This document shows positions 38,231 through 47,320 of a stretch of DNA of 64,000 nucleotides, one piece after another. Source of the DNA: Myxococcota bacterium (GTDB lineage: Bacteria; Myxococcota_A; UBA796; SXON01); NCBI GenBank assembly GCA_040386535.1, contig JAZKFH010000005.1:94198-158197 (forward strand), read 5' to 3'. The notes beneath the pieces are model-generated. The model did no database searches, was not told the DNA's origin, and saw nothing but the letters and a program-made list of their open reading frames with translations. The translations under genes and the position numbers were made by a program. Position 1 is the first letter of the stretch; every line of letters begins with the position of its first letter.

Positions 38231-40426
38231 ATGCGCCCTCCCCGCTCCTCCGCGCCCCCCCGCTCCTCTGGGCCCCTTCGCTCCTTCGAGACGCGCGAGC
38301 TCGTCCTGGTCGGCGGCGGCCACGCCCACGTGCAGGTGCTCCGCCGCCTCGTGATGGCGCCGCGGCCCGATCTGCGCACGACCATCGTGCTCGACCGCCC
38401 GCTCGCGTTGTACTCGGGCATGGTGCCCGGCGTGGTGGCCGGCCAGTATCGCCCGCACGAGGCCGAGATCGACGTGTGGCCGCTGGCCCGCCGCGCGGGG
38501 GCGCGCATCGTGGACGCCGCGGCGACGGGGATCGACACGAACGCCGCGCGCCTGCTCGTCGAGGGCCGCCCGCCGATCGCCTACGACGCCGTGAGCTTCG
38601 ACGTGGGCGCGACCGTCGCGGGGCTCGACATCCCTGGCGTGCGCGAACACGCGGTGCCGACGCGGCCCATCGGCCGGTTCGTGGAGCGCATCGACGCGGC
38701 GATCGCGGCGCTCGGCGCCACGCCGCGGATCCTCGTGGTCGGCGCCGGCGCGGGCGGGGTGGAGGTGGCGTTCGTGTTGCGGCACCGCACGCGCGGCGAG
38801 GTGACGCTGCTCGAGGCGGGGGACACGCTCCTGCCGGGGTGGACCGCGGGCCTGGGCCGCCGGGTGCGGGCCGCCGCGGAGCTGCGTGGCGTCACGATCC
38901 GCACGGGCACGGCGGTCACCCACGTGGAACCAAATCGGGCCCACGTCACGGGCGGCGATCCCCTCCGCTTCGACCTCCTGGTGTGGGTCACCGGCGCCGC
39001 GCCCCACCCGTGGATGGCCGCGTTGGGGCTCCCGACCGATCCGCGGGGGTTCCTCCGCGTCGGGGCCACCCTCCAGGTGCCCGACCACCCAGCAATCTTC
39101 GGCGCCGGCGACTGCGTGTCGCTCGACGGGCACGCGCTCGCAAAGGCCGGCGTCTACGCGGTGCGGCAGGGCCCCGTGCTCACCGACAACCTGTTCGCGC
39201 GGCTCTCCGGGGCCCCCCTGCGCGCCTACACACCCCAGCGCGGCTTCCTCACGCTGTTGAACCTCGGCGACGGCGTCGCCATCGGCGCGAAGGGGCCGCT
39301 CGCGTTCGGGGGCGCGTGGGCGTGGCGCTGGAAGGACCGCATCGATCGCGCGTTCATGGCGCGTTTCCAATCGATCGCGGTGGATGACACACCCACGTTC
39401 ACGCCCATGTCGGGGGAGGAGATGGTGTGTGGCGGGTGCGCGGCCAAGGTGGGGCCCGGCGAGCTGTCGCGGGCCCTCGCGCGCCTGGACGTCCCGCTCG
39501 ATCCGAGCGTGGAGCTCGGGCTCTCCCACCCCGACGACGCCGCGGTCGTGCGCACCCCCGGCGGCGACCGCGTGGGGCTCACCATCGACGCGTTCACCGC
39601 CTTCTACGACGATCCCTGGATGGTGGGGCGCATCGCCGCGGTCAACGCCGTGAACGATCTGTACGCCAAGGGGCTGACCCCGCGGTGGGCCCTGGCGTTG
39701 GTCGGCATCCCCGACGAGGGGCCACGCGCCACGGAAGAGACGTTGTTCCAGGTGATGCACGGCGCGCGGGTCACGCTCGACGCGCTCGGCGTCACGTTGG
39801 TGGGGGGCCACACCCTCCGCACCGACGGGCTGCAGGTGGGCTTCACCGTGGCGGGGATCGCCGAGGGGCCGCTGCGCACCCAGGACCTGCTCGCCCCGGG
39901 TGACGTGCTGATCCTGACCCGGGCGCTCGGCACGGGGGTGTTGTTCCACGCCCACGCGGCGGGCCGGGCGCGCGGGCCGTGGGTGCGGGCGGCGATCGCG
40001 CGGATGACGCGCTCGCATCGGGACGCGGCGGCCATCGCGTGGCGCTTCGGCGCGCGCGCCGCCACCGACGTGACGGGCTTCGGGCTCGCCGGGCACCTCG
40101 CGGAGATGGCGCGGGCGAGCGGCGTGGGCGCCACCGTGTCGCTCGACGCGCTGCCGGTGTTGCCGGGGGTCGCCACGCTCCTCGCGCAGGGCGTTCGGAG
40201 CACGTTCCACGCGCAGAACACCGCGGCCCGCCGCCACGTGTCCGGCGCCACGGCGGACCCGCGCACCGAGCTGCTCTACGACCCGCAGACCGCGGGGGGG
40301 CTCCTGTTCGCGGTGCCCGCCGCCGCCGCGAGCGCGGTGGTGGCGGCGTTGCACGCGATCGGGGAGGCCGACGCGTGCGTCATCGGCACGGTGACGGCGG
40401 GCAGCGGGGTGATCGTCGAGGGGTGA
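38231..40426 (+). CDS. selD: Selenide, water dikinase fused to an N-terminal FAD oxidoreductase
   Basis: LVGGGHAH, YSGMVPG, GAGAGGVE, AGDC; CGGCAAK, DDAAV, GGHT, TDVTGFGLAGHL, DPQTAGGLL. Confidence 0.93.
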   Translation: MRPPRSSAPPRSSGPLRSFETRELVLVGGGHAHVQVLRRLVMAPRPDLRTTIVLDRPLALYSGMVPGVVAGQYRPHEAEIDVWPLARRAGARIVDAAATGIDTNAARLLVEGRPPIAYDAVSFDVGATVAGLDIPGVREHAVPTRPIGRFVERIDAAIAALGATPRILVVGAGAGGVEVAFVLRHRTRGEVTLLEAGDTLLPGWTAGLGRRVRAAAELRGVTIRTGTAVTHVEPNRAHVTGGDPLRFDLLVWVTGAAPHPWMAALGLPTDPRGFLRVGATLQVPDHPAIFGAGDCVSLDGHALAKAGVYAVRQGPVLTDNLFARLSGAPLRAYTPQRGFLTLLNLGDGVAIGAKGPLAFGGAWAWRWKDRIDRAFMARFQSIAVDDTPTFTPMSGEEMVCGGCAAKVGPGELSRALARLDVPLDPSVELGLSHPDDAAVVRTPGGDRVGLTIDAFTAFYDDPWMVGRIAAVNAVNDLYAKGLTPRWALALVGIPDEGPRATEETLFQVMHGARVTLDALGVTLVGGHTLRTDGLQVGFTVAGIAEGPLRTQDLLAPGDVLILTRALGTGVLFHAHAAGRARGPWVRAAIARMTRSHRDAAAIAWRFGARAATDVTGFGLAGHLAEMARASGVGATVSLDALPVLPGVATLLAQGVRSTFHAQNTAARRHVSGATADPRTELLYDPQTAGGLLFAVPAAAASAVVAALHAIGEADACVIGTVTAGSGVIVEG

Positions 40427-40438
40427 GCGCCGGGGCGA

Positions 40439-41116
40439 TCAGGGCGCGATCTCCCACTGGTACGGGCCCCACCGCACCTTCGCCGTGGCCCCGTGCGCCC
40501 GGATCCACGCCGCGCGCGGCTCGTCCACGTGGGTGGCCACGAACGCGAGCAGGTCCCCGAAGTCGCTCCGATACAACTTGCACAGGTACGGCAGCGTGAG
40601 GGTGCCCTCGCCCACCACCACCTCGCCGTCCAGGTAGCTGCGCGTCGCGAGGGCCAGCTGCGCGTCGAGGCCCGCGGCGGTGTAGGCGCGGATGGGCGGG
40701 CACGAGCGCGCGCCGCAGTTGAGCGCGAAGTGGGCGCGCGGGTCGAGCCGCGCGGGGGCCCAGGCAAGGCGCGGATCGCTGGCCGCGAGGGGCCGCCAGA
40801 GCGTGAAGGGGGCGCGGCGGTTCGTCCGCACGATGCCGTGCTCCATGACGTGGAGCGACACGGGCCGGCCCCCGACGACCCACCCGACCTCCCGGAAGAA
40901 GCCGCGGTATCGCCGGAGATTGCCGGTCATCCCCCGCTCGCGCACCGCCGACTTCACGCGGGCGTTGTACAGGTTCAGCCAGAACGCGAGGCGCGCGTCA
41001 TCGCCGGGGATCGCGCCCGGATCGACGTCGGCGAGGCGCGCCAGCCGCGCGCCCAGGTCCTCGCCGGCACGCGCGGCCGAGAGGAACTCCGCGGCGAGCT
41101 CAGCGGCGGCGCTCGT
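40439..41116 (-). CDS. DUF547 domain protein (start uncertain)
   Basis: In-frame AFWLNLYNA upstream of the GTG at 40957; EHGIVR, DPRAHFALNCGARSCPPI, Y..DFG, YQW. Confidence 0.8.
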   Translation of the reverse strand, partial: TSAAAELAAEFLSAARAGEDLGARLARLADVDPGAIPGDDARLAFWLNLYNARVKSAVRERGMTGNLRRYRGFFREVGWVVGGRPVSLHVMEHGIVRTNRRAPFTLWRPLAASDPRLAWAPARLDPRAHFALNCGARSCPPIRAYTAAGLDAQLALATRSYLDGEVVVGEGTLTLPYLCKLYRSDFGDLLAFVATHVDEPRAAWIRAHGATAKVRWGPYQWEIAP

Positions 41117-41336
41117 CCTCGTCCTCGTCCCGCATCAGCTCCTCGCGCGACTTCTTGGGCCGCACGAACATCTGGCTCACCTGCTCGGCGCCGGCGACCA
41201 CGGCCTCCTTGGGGGAGATGTCCTTCCGGCCCTTCTTGCGCAGCAGCACGATGCCGAGCACGAGGAAGAGCAGGAGGAAGAAGCCCCCGCAACAACAGAG
41301 ACTGCTCAGGAGGGAGACGATGACGGTGAGGCTCAT
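41100..41336 (-). CDS. Small single-pass membrane protein
   Basis: Hydrophobic N-terminus with CCC, then RKKGRK and a charged tail. Confidence 0.65.
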   Translation of the reverse strand: MSLTVIVSLLSSLCCCGGFFLLLFLVLGIVLLRKKGRKDISPKEAVVAGAEQVSQMFVRPKKSREELMRDEDEDERRR

Positions 41337-41551
41337 GACCGGCGACTCTACACCAAAGACCGCGCCGCCGAAACCGCCCCCGGGGAGCTTTTCGGAAACT
41401 GCGGCGCCGCCGCGGCGCCCCTTGGCGCGCCGGGTGCGCGCGGGGTGGACGCGCTCGCGGGGCCCAGCTACCGTCGCGGGCCGCGATTTGCCGCGGCGGA
41501 GGTACCGTCCGTGCTCGAGCGCACCCCGTCCGTCCCGCGCGTCGTGAGTTG

Positions 41552-42181
41552 ATGGATCACGTCCGCTTCACCGAGACCATGCACGGCTGGCTCTCGCCCT
41601 CGGTCGCCGCCTCCCACGAGGACGCCGCGCGCGCCGGTCGTGCCGAGAGAACGCGGGGCCTGTTCGTCCTCACCGTCGTCACCCCCGATGTCGACGCGCT
41701 CGTCGCCGACCCGACCCACCGCTCGCCGGCGTTCGGGTGTGTCCTGTTGCCCGCGCTGCACCCACGCCCGCTCCAGGTGACCCATGGGCACCTGGACCTG
41801 TTCGTGGACACGGAGGTCGGCAGCCGCGTCCTGCACATGCGCTACGGGCTCCGGCTCGAAGCGGAGGGCGGCGCCCGCTACTACCTGCGCGGGATCAAGG
41901 AGATCGTGCGGCGGCGCTGGTGGCCGACGGTCGCCATCGACACGACCACCCTGTTCACCGACGTGTACGCGGGTGACAACGCCGACGGCACGCCGATCCT
42001 GAGGGGCGTGCTCGTCATGGGCCCGGGCGGCGTGCTCGCCCAGGGCCTGTCGTTTCGTGGCGAGGGCGGGTGGCTCGGCTTGCGTGGCATCGTCCGCTAC
42101 CTCACCTACTACGTGGCGAGGGTGGCCCAAGTGTACTCCGGCCCGCGCACCGCGCCGCTCCGCCTCGCCGCTCCCAAGTGA
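41552..42181 (+). CDS. Hypothetical protein resembling the accessory domain of GMC/cholesterol-oxidase fusions
   Basis: VRFTETMHGW...MRYGLRL...LRGIK...DTTTLF. Confidence 0.6.
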   Translation: MDHVRFTETMHGWLSPSVAASHEDAARAGRAERTRGLFVLTVVTPDVDALVADPTHRSPAFGCVLLPALHPRPLQVTHGHLDLFVDTEVGSRVLHMRYGLRLEAEGGARYYLRGIKEIVRRRWWPTVAIDTTTLFTDVYAGDNADGTPILRGVLVMGPGGVLAQGLSFRGEGGWLGLRGIVRYLTYYVARVAQVYSGPRTAPLRLAAPK

Positions 42182-42224
42182 ACCGGGCGGCCCACGCCAC
42201 CGCACTCCACCGATACCGGCCGAG

Positions 42225-42677
42225 CTACACGCCGGCGAGCTCCTCTTCCAACAGCTCGGTGCGGCGCTCCTCCAGCCGTCGGCCCAGGTCCTCGAGCTGG
42301 CTCTCGGACCATTGGCGCTCCACCTGCGGGAAGATCTGGTTCTCTTCCTCGTCCAGATGGTGCAGGAGCGTGTCCTCCAACGCCTTGAGCCGGCCGTGGA
42401 ACAAGGGCCCGCCCACGTCGGTCTCGGCGAGGTCGTCACACAACGCGTCGACCGCGTCGTGCTCGGCGATGGCCTCCTCCACCGGCTCCACCAGCCCGTT
42501 CACGGCACGCGCGGCCGGGTAGAACAGCTCCTCCTCGATCTGGGTGTGGACGATCAAGAGCTCTTCGAGCTCGTCGAACAGCTCCTGGAGTTGGTCGACG
42601 TCGGCGGTCGCGCCGAGCCGCGCGAACAGGTCCTTGAGCCTGTCATGATCCTGACGCAGAATTTCCGTGGCCTTCAT
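42225..42677 (-). CDS. Hemerythrin-like domain protein
   Basis: DH...HTQIEEELFYP...EH...HHLDEEE; GGAG RBS. Confidence 0.9.
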   Translation of the reverse strand: MKATEILRQDHDRLKDLFARLGATADVDQLQELFDELEELLIVHTQIEEELFYPAARAVNGLVEPVEEAIAEHDAVDALCDDLAETDVGGPLFHGRLKALEDTLLHHLDEEENQIFPQVERQWSESQLEDLGRRLEERRTELLEEELAGV

Positions 42678-42836
42678 CGGTTCTCCTCCACTGCCGTCTG
42701 TACGCGCAGCCCGTTCCACCTAGCCGCACAGAGAGGCCTGCCAAGCGCGGCGGCGAGGGTGGCTTGCCGAGCGGACCGTCCCGTGTCGACGGCAAGCGAG
42801 GTGTTCGGCGCGGATGAAGATGTTAGATTGGGGGGG

Positions 42837-43271
42837 ATGATCGTGGCGTCAAAACCCGAGCGGGCAACCGCCCACGCGCTCCTCGGCAACGCCGTGGTGT
42901 CCGGCGCGCCGCCGCAGGAGATCGCCGTCTCGATCGACCGCGCCTTCGCCCAGCTCCTCGTCGGGCTGGGCCGTTGGGTGGGGGACGAGAGCGCGCGTGT
43001 GTTGTTGGAACGCGCGGTCGACGAGGCACGAGCGCGGCGCCCCTGGCTGACCGGGCTCCGCGTGGCACCCACGGCCGGCCGCTGCCTCGCCGGGCTCGAC
43101 GAGCGGATCGACGGCCTGTCCGCGGACGAGCTGGTGGGATCGATGGAGGAGCTCCTCGAAGAGCTCATCCGACTCTTGGCCCGATTCATCGGGGATGACC
43201 TGGCCTTGCGGATCGTGGTCCGCGGATGGCCCGCCGGTCCTTTGGCCGGCACGGAAGGAGATTCGCGATGA
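42837..43271 (+). CDS. Hypothetical helical protein preceding the KaiC-like ATPase
   Basis: LGRWVGDESARVLLERA...LLARFIGDDLALRI; stop overlaps the next start (ATGA). Confidence 0.65.
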   Translation: MIVASKPERATAHALLGNAVVSGAPPQEIAVSIDRAFAQLLVGLGRWVGDESARVLLERAVDEARARRPWLTGLRVAPTAGRCLAGLDERIDGLSADELVGSMEELLEELIRLLARFIGDDLALRIVVRGWPAGPLAGTEGDSR

Positions 43272-44965
43272 CGAAGGAGCAAGTCGAGATTCGTCTGCTG
43301 CCCACCGGTGTGCCCGGCTTGGACACGGTGCTGGGCGGGGGGCTTCCCGAGTTCTCCTTCAACATCATCGCGGGGGAGGCCGGCGCCGGCAAGACCACGC
43401 TCGCCCAGCAGATCGTCTTCACGAACGCCACGCCCGACCGGCCCGCGCTCTACTTCACGGTGCTCGGCGAGCCCACGCTCAAGTTGTTGCGCTATCAGCA
43501 ACAGTACAGCTTCTTCGACGCCGACCGCGTCGGGACCGACGTTCGCTACATCAACCTGAGCCAGGAGCTGTTGAACGGGGATCTCGGCCAGGTGCTGGCG
43601 CGGGTGGTCAAGGAGGTCGAGGCCGCGCGGCCCAGCCTCGTGGTGGTCGACTCGTTCCGTACCGTGACGGACCATCCGCACCCCAACAGCGCGATGAACC
43701 TGGAGCACTTCGTCCAGACGCTGGCGTTGCAGCTCACCACCTGGGAGGTGACCTCCTTCCTCATCGGCGAGTACACCGCCAACGAGTCCCGCAACCCCGT
43801 GTTCACCGTGGCGGACGGCGTGATGTGGCTCTCGCAGACAGCGGAGCGCCACTCGACCGTGCGGCAGGTGCAGGTGGTGAAGATGCGCGGCATGGCGGTG
43901 ATGCCCGGCTTCCACACCTTCCGCATCTCGAAGGAGGGCGTCCGCATCTTTCCCCGGATGTTCCAGCGGGAGCCGCCGTCACCGCGCCCCATCATCGAGA
44001 GGCCGGTCCGCCGCCTCTCGTCCGGGATCAAGGGCCTGGACGAGATGTTGGGGGGCGGCTTCCCCGCGGGGGACGCGATCCTGCTCTCCGGCGCCAGCGG
44101 CACCGGAAAGACCACCTTCTCGAACCACTTCATCGCGGCGGCGCAGCAGGCGGGCGAGTCCGCGGTGATGGCGATCTTCGAGGAGAACCCGACCGACTTC
44201 ATCGCGCGCGCCCAGCAGATCGGGCTGGACCTCGAAGCGATGCGGATGTCGGGCCGCCTCAAGGTCTTGTACCTGCGCCCGCTCGACCTGTCGGTCGACG
44301 AGACCCTCCTCGCCATCAGCGACGCCGTGGCCGAGGTCGGCGCCACGCGCGTGGTGATCGACTCGCTCTCCGGCTTCGAGCTGGCGCTGGCCCCGACCTT
44401 CCGCACCGATTTTCGCGAGGCGATGTACCGGCTGGTCAGCACGCTCACGGGCACCGGGGTGACCGTGATGATGACGCTCGAGGTCACCTACGAGCCCACC
44501 TCGTTGTCCACGAGCACCCAGAACGTGTCGTTCCTCTCCGACGACATCATCGTGCAGCGGTTCGTCGAGCTCGAAGGCGAGCTGCGCACCGTGGTCACCG
44601 TCATGAAGATGCGCGGAAGCCACCACAGCCGCGGTTTGCGCGCCTACCAGATCTCTTCGCGCGGTGTCGTGCTCGGAGAGGTGATGAAGGAGTACCAGGG
44701 CGTGATCACCGGGGTGCCGCGGTTCGACCCCCGGCCGCGCAGCTTTCCGTACCCGGGCCTCTCCGAGCAGGAGGCGGCGGTGCTCGACGTGCTCGTTTCA
44801 GCGCGGCGCGAGCTCAACGAGGAAGACCTCGTGACCACCGCGAACATCTCCCCGGGGGACCTGCGGGACGCCCTCGCTCGGCTGGTCCGGCTCGACTATG
44901 CGATCCGAGTCCAGCGGGACGGCGCCGAGGCTTACCGGGCCTTGGCCCGGCCCGTCCCATGGTAG
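43268..44965 (+). CDS. KaiC-like duplicated RecA-fold ATPase with C-terminal winged-helix-like extension
   Basis: TGVPGLD/GEAGAGKT/VVDS/KMRG and SGIKGLD/GASGTGKT/FEE/VIDS/KMRGS. Confidence 0.92.
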   Translation: MTKEQVEIRLLPTGVPGLDTVLGGGLPEFSFNIIAGEAGAGKTTLAQQIVFTNATPDRPALYFTVLGEPTLKLLRYQQQYSFFDADRVGTDVRYINLSQELLNGDLGQVLARVVKEVEAARPSLVVVDSFRTVTDHPHPNSAMNLEHFVQTLALQLTTWEVTSFLIGEYTANESRNPVFTVADGVMWLSQTAERHSTVRQVQVVKMRGMAVMPGFHTFRISKEGVRIFPRMFQREPPSPRPIIERPVRRLSSGIKGLDEMLGGGFPAGDAILLSGASGTGKTTFSNHFIAAAQQAGESAVMAIFEENPTDFIARAQQIGLDLEAMRMSGRLKVLYLRPLDLSVDETLLAISDAVAEVGATRVVIDSLSGFELALAPTFRTDFREAMYRLVSTLTGTGVTVMMTLEVTYEPTSLSTSTQNVSFLSDDIIVQRFVELEGELRTVVTVMKMRGSHHSRGLRAYQISSRGVVLGEVMKEYQGVITGVPRFDPRPRSFPYPGLSEQEAAVLDVLVSARRELNEEDLVTTANISPGDLRDALARLVRLDYAIRVQRDGAEAYRALARPVPW

Positions 44966-47265
44966 ACGAGCTCGATCGGCCCGTTTCTCCCCCTCCGGAG
45001 GACAACTCTCCTCCCGAAGCGGCGTTCCGCCCAGCCGTGGCCCCCCTCCTCCGACTCGCGGCCACCGCTCTCGGTGCCCAGGCCACCTTCCTGGTGCTCC
45101 GAGGCCCCGCCCCCCACATCCTCGCCTCCCACGGGGTGGCCCTCCCGCCCGGGGCACCGCTCCCGCCCGCGCTGCAGGACAGACTCGAGGGCGCGCTCCG
45201 CCGCGCGCTCGACGAAGAGGACGGGGGCGCCGAGGTCCGCCTCGACCCGCCGCTGGTGGTGGGGGCCGACCACTTCCACTTCTTCACCGCGGGCGCGTTC
45301 ACGGGGCTCGGCAAGCCCGGGTGCCTCGTGGCGCTGCGATCGTCGGCCCCCGAGGGTGGGCCTCTCGCCGACCGCGCGACGCTCGCCGACCTCGCCGACC
45401 TCGCGGGCGCCGCCCTCGACCACGATCACGAGGACGAGCGGGTGACCCACGCCTCGCGCCTGGTGACCCTCTCGCCCGACGGGATCCTGGTCCACGTGGA
45501 CGGGGTCCTCGTGATGGCGAACGCGGCGGCCGCGCGGCTCGCGGGCGCGCCCTCGGAGCAGGCCCTGGTCGGCCGCCCCCTCTCCCTCCTGCTGGCCCCG
45601 CCCTATCTGAAGTCCGTGGGCGCGCGGATCACCGCCCCCACCTCCGAGGCGCCGCCACGGATGGTGCTCGAGCGGCTGACCCGGCTCGACCGCACGACGG
45701 TAGAGGTCGAGGTCGCGGAGATGCCGTACGTCTTCCACGACGAGCCCGCCGTGCTCCTCGTGCTCCGCGACGTGACCGAGCGGCTCGCCGCCGAGGCCGC
45801 CATCCGCCGCAGCGAGGCCCAGCTCCGCCTGCTGGTCGAGCGGCTTCCGGCCGTCGCCTGGGCAACCGACGCCAGCCTGAACATCGTTTCCATGTTCGGG
45901 GCGCGCCGCACCACTCCGCGCGCCGAGCCCCCGATCGGGCACCACGTCGCCGTGCTGCTCGGGCATCTCGCCGCGGAGGAGGGGGTGGCGGCGCACCGGC
46001 ACGCGCTCCAGGGCGATGCCGCCACGTTCGACGTGTGTTGGAGCGGGCACACCTTCGGCGCACGGGTGGAGCCGCTCCGGGCGCCGGGCGGTGAGATCAC
46101 CGGCACGCTCGGGGTCGCCCTCGACCTCACCGAGCGCATGCAGTCGGAGGCCAGGGAGCGGGAGATCCACGTGCTCTCCGTGCTCGCCCGCCTCGCCGGG
46201 GGTGTCGCCCACGAGATGAACAACGTGCTCGGCGCCATCATGGGCTACGCGGCCAGCCTGGAGGGAGAGCCCCTCTCGCCGCCGGTCCGCCAGCGCATCC
46301 AGCGCATCACCGACGCGTCGCGGCGCGGGAGCGGCCTCACGCGCCGGCTCCTGGGGTTCGCGCGCGAGGGCCTCTACGAGCGGACCCGCTTCCCCGTGAA
46401 CGAGCTCGTCGAGACGCTCGCGGAGCGGCTCCGCCTCGAGACCCCGCCGGGCATCGTCATCCGCGTGCGCACCGCCGCCGAGCCGCCCTGGGCCGAGGGA
46501 GACCCCGCCCAGCTCCGCGAGGCGCTGCACGCGTTGTGTGTCAACGGTGTCGAGGCCATGCCCCACGGCGGGACGCTCATCCTGACGGTGTCCACCACCG
46601 GTGTCGCGGGAGAAGCGGGGAGCCGCGTCTTCATCGACGTGCGGGACACGGGTGTCGGGATGGACGAGCAGCTCACCCAACACGCGCTCGAGCCGTTCTT
46701 CACGACCAAGCCGCTCGGCGCCGGCGATGGCCTGGGCCTGCCGATGGCGTACGGGATCGTGGCCCGCCACGGCGGCCAGCTCGTGCTCGAGAGCGCCCCC
46801 GGCCGCGGCACCGTCGCGCGGGTGTCGCTGCCCACCGTGGCGCCGCCGCCCCCCGTTCCGGCCCCGGTCCGGCGCATTCCCACCTTGCGCCAGGCCAGCC
46901 GCCGGGTGCTGCTCGTCGATGACGACGAGTGGGTGCGCGAGTCCTCCTCGGATCTGCTCGAGGCCGCCGGCTACGAGGTCGTGGCCGCCGCGGACGGCCC
47001 CACCGGCCTGCGCCACTTCCAGGCCGCCCCGCAGTCCTTCGCCTTCGTGCTGCTCGACATGCGCATGCCGGGCATGGACGGCGCGGAGGTGCTCCGGCGG
47101 ATGATCGCGATGGACCCCGACGCACGGATCGTCCTGTGCTCCGGCTACACGAGAGACCAGGTCGGTCCAGCCCTCTTCTCGCTCGGCCGGGTGGGTTTTC
47201 TGGAGAAGCCCTTCGATCTGCAGCAGCTGAACGCGCAGGTTCGGGCGCTGGAGGACGAGGCCTGA
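44959..47265 (+). CDS. Hybrid sensor histidine kinase (PAS-PAS-HisKA-HATPase-REC)
   Basis: AHEMNN, DTGVGM, EPFFTTK, GLGL, VDDDE...LLDMRMPGMDG...EKPF. Confidence 0.93.
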   Translation: MVDELDRPVSPPPEDNSPPEAAFRPAVAPLLRLAATALGAQATFLVLRGPAPHILASHGVALPPGAPLPPALQDRLEGALRRALDEEDGGAEVRLDPPLVVGADHFHFFTAGAFTGLGKPGCLVALRSSAPEGGPLADRATLADLADLAGAALDHDHEDERVTHASRLVTLSPDGILVHVDGVLVMANAAAARLAGAPSEQALVGRPLSLLLAPPYLKSVGARITAPTSEAPPRMVLERLTRLDRTTVEVEVAEMPYVFHDEPAVLLVLRDVTERLAAEAAIRRSEAQLRLLVERLPAVAWATDASLNIVSMFGARRTTPRAEPPIGHHVAVLLGHLAAEEGVAAHRHALQGDAATFDVCWSGHTFGARVEPLRAPGGEITGTLGVALDLTERMQSEAREREIHVLSVLARLAGGVAHEMNNVLGAIMGYAASLEGEPLSPPVRQRIQRITDASRRGSGLTRRLLGFAREGLYERTRFPVNELVETLAERLRLETPPGIVIRVRTAAEPPWAEGDPAQLREALHALCVNGVEAMPHGGTLILTVSTTGVAGEAGSRVFIDVRDTGVGMDEQLTQHALEPFFTTKPLGAGDGLGLPMAYGIVARHGGQLVLESAPGRGTVARVSLPTVAPPPPVPAPVRRIPTLRQASRRVLLVDDDEWVRESSSDLLEAAGYEVVAAADGPTGLRHFQAAPQSFAFVLLDMRMPGMDGAEVLRRMIAMDPDARIVLCSGYTRDQVGPALFSLGRVGFLEKPFDLQQLNAQVRALEDEA

Positions 47266-47320
47266 TCCGGAGAGGAACCATTCCTCTCAAGTCCGCGGAT
47301 CTCCCGCCGACTCGCAGCCC

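Noticed and set aside
36815..40354. 1179-aa HisS fusion, and other extended ORFs (8358, 43195, 48912-50786)
   Set aside because: Upstream parts are Arg/Pro/Gly-rich shadows of neighbouring genes; the real starts are internal
38231..40426. Selenocysteine recoding in selD, or a selenium cluster with tpm
   Set aside because: The active site is encoded as Cys (CGGCAAK) with no in-frame TGA; tpm is ~33 kb away; the oxidoreductase-SelD fusion is already known
43268..44965. True circadian clock kaiC
   Set aside because: No kaiA or kaiB in the window and the tandem Ser-Thr phosphosites are not conserved
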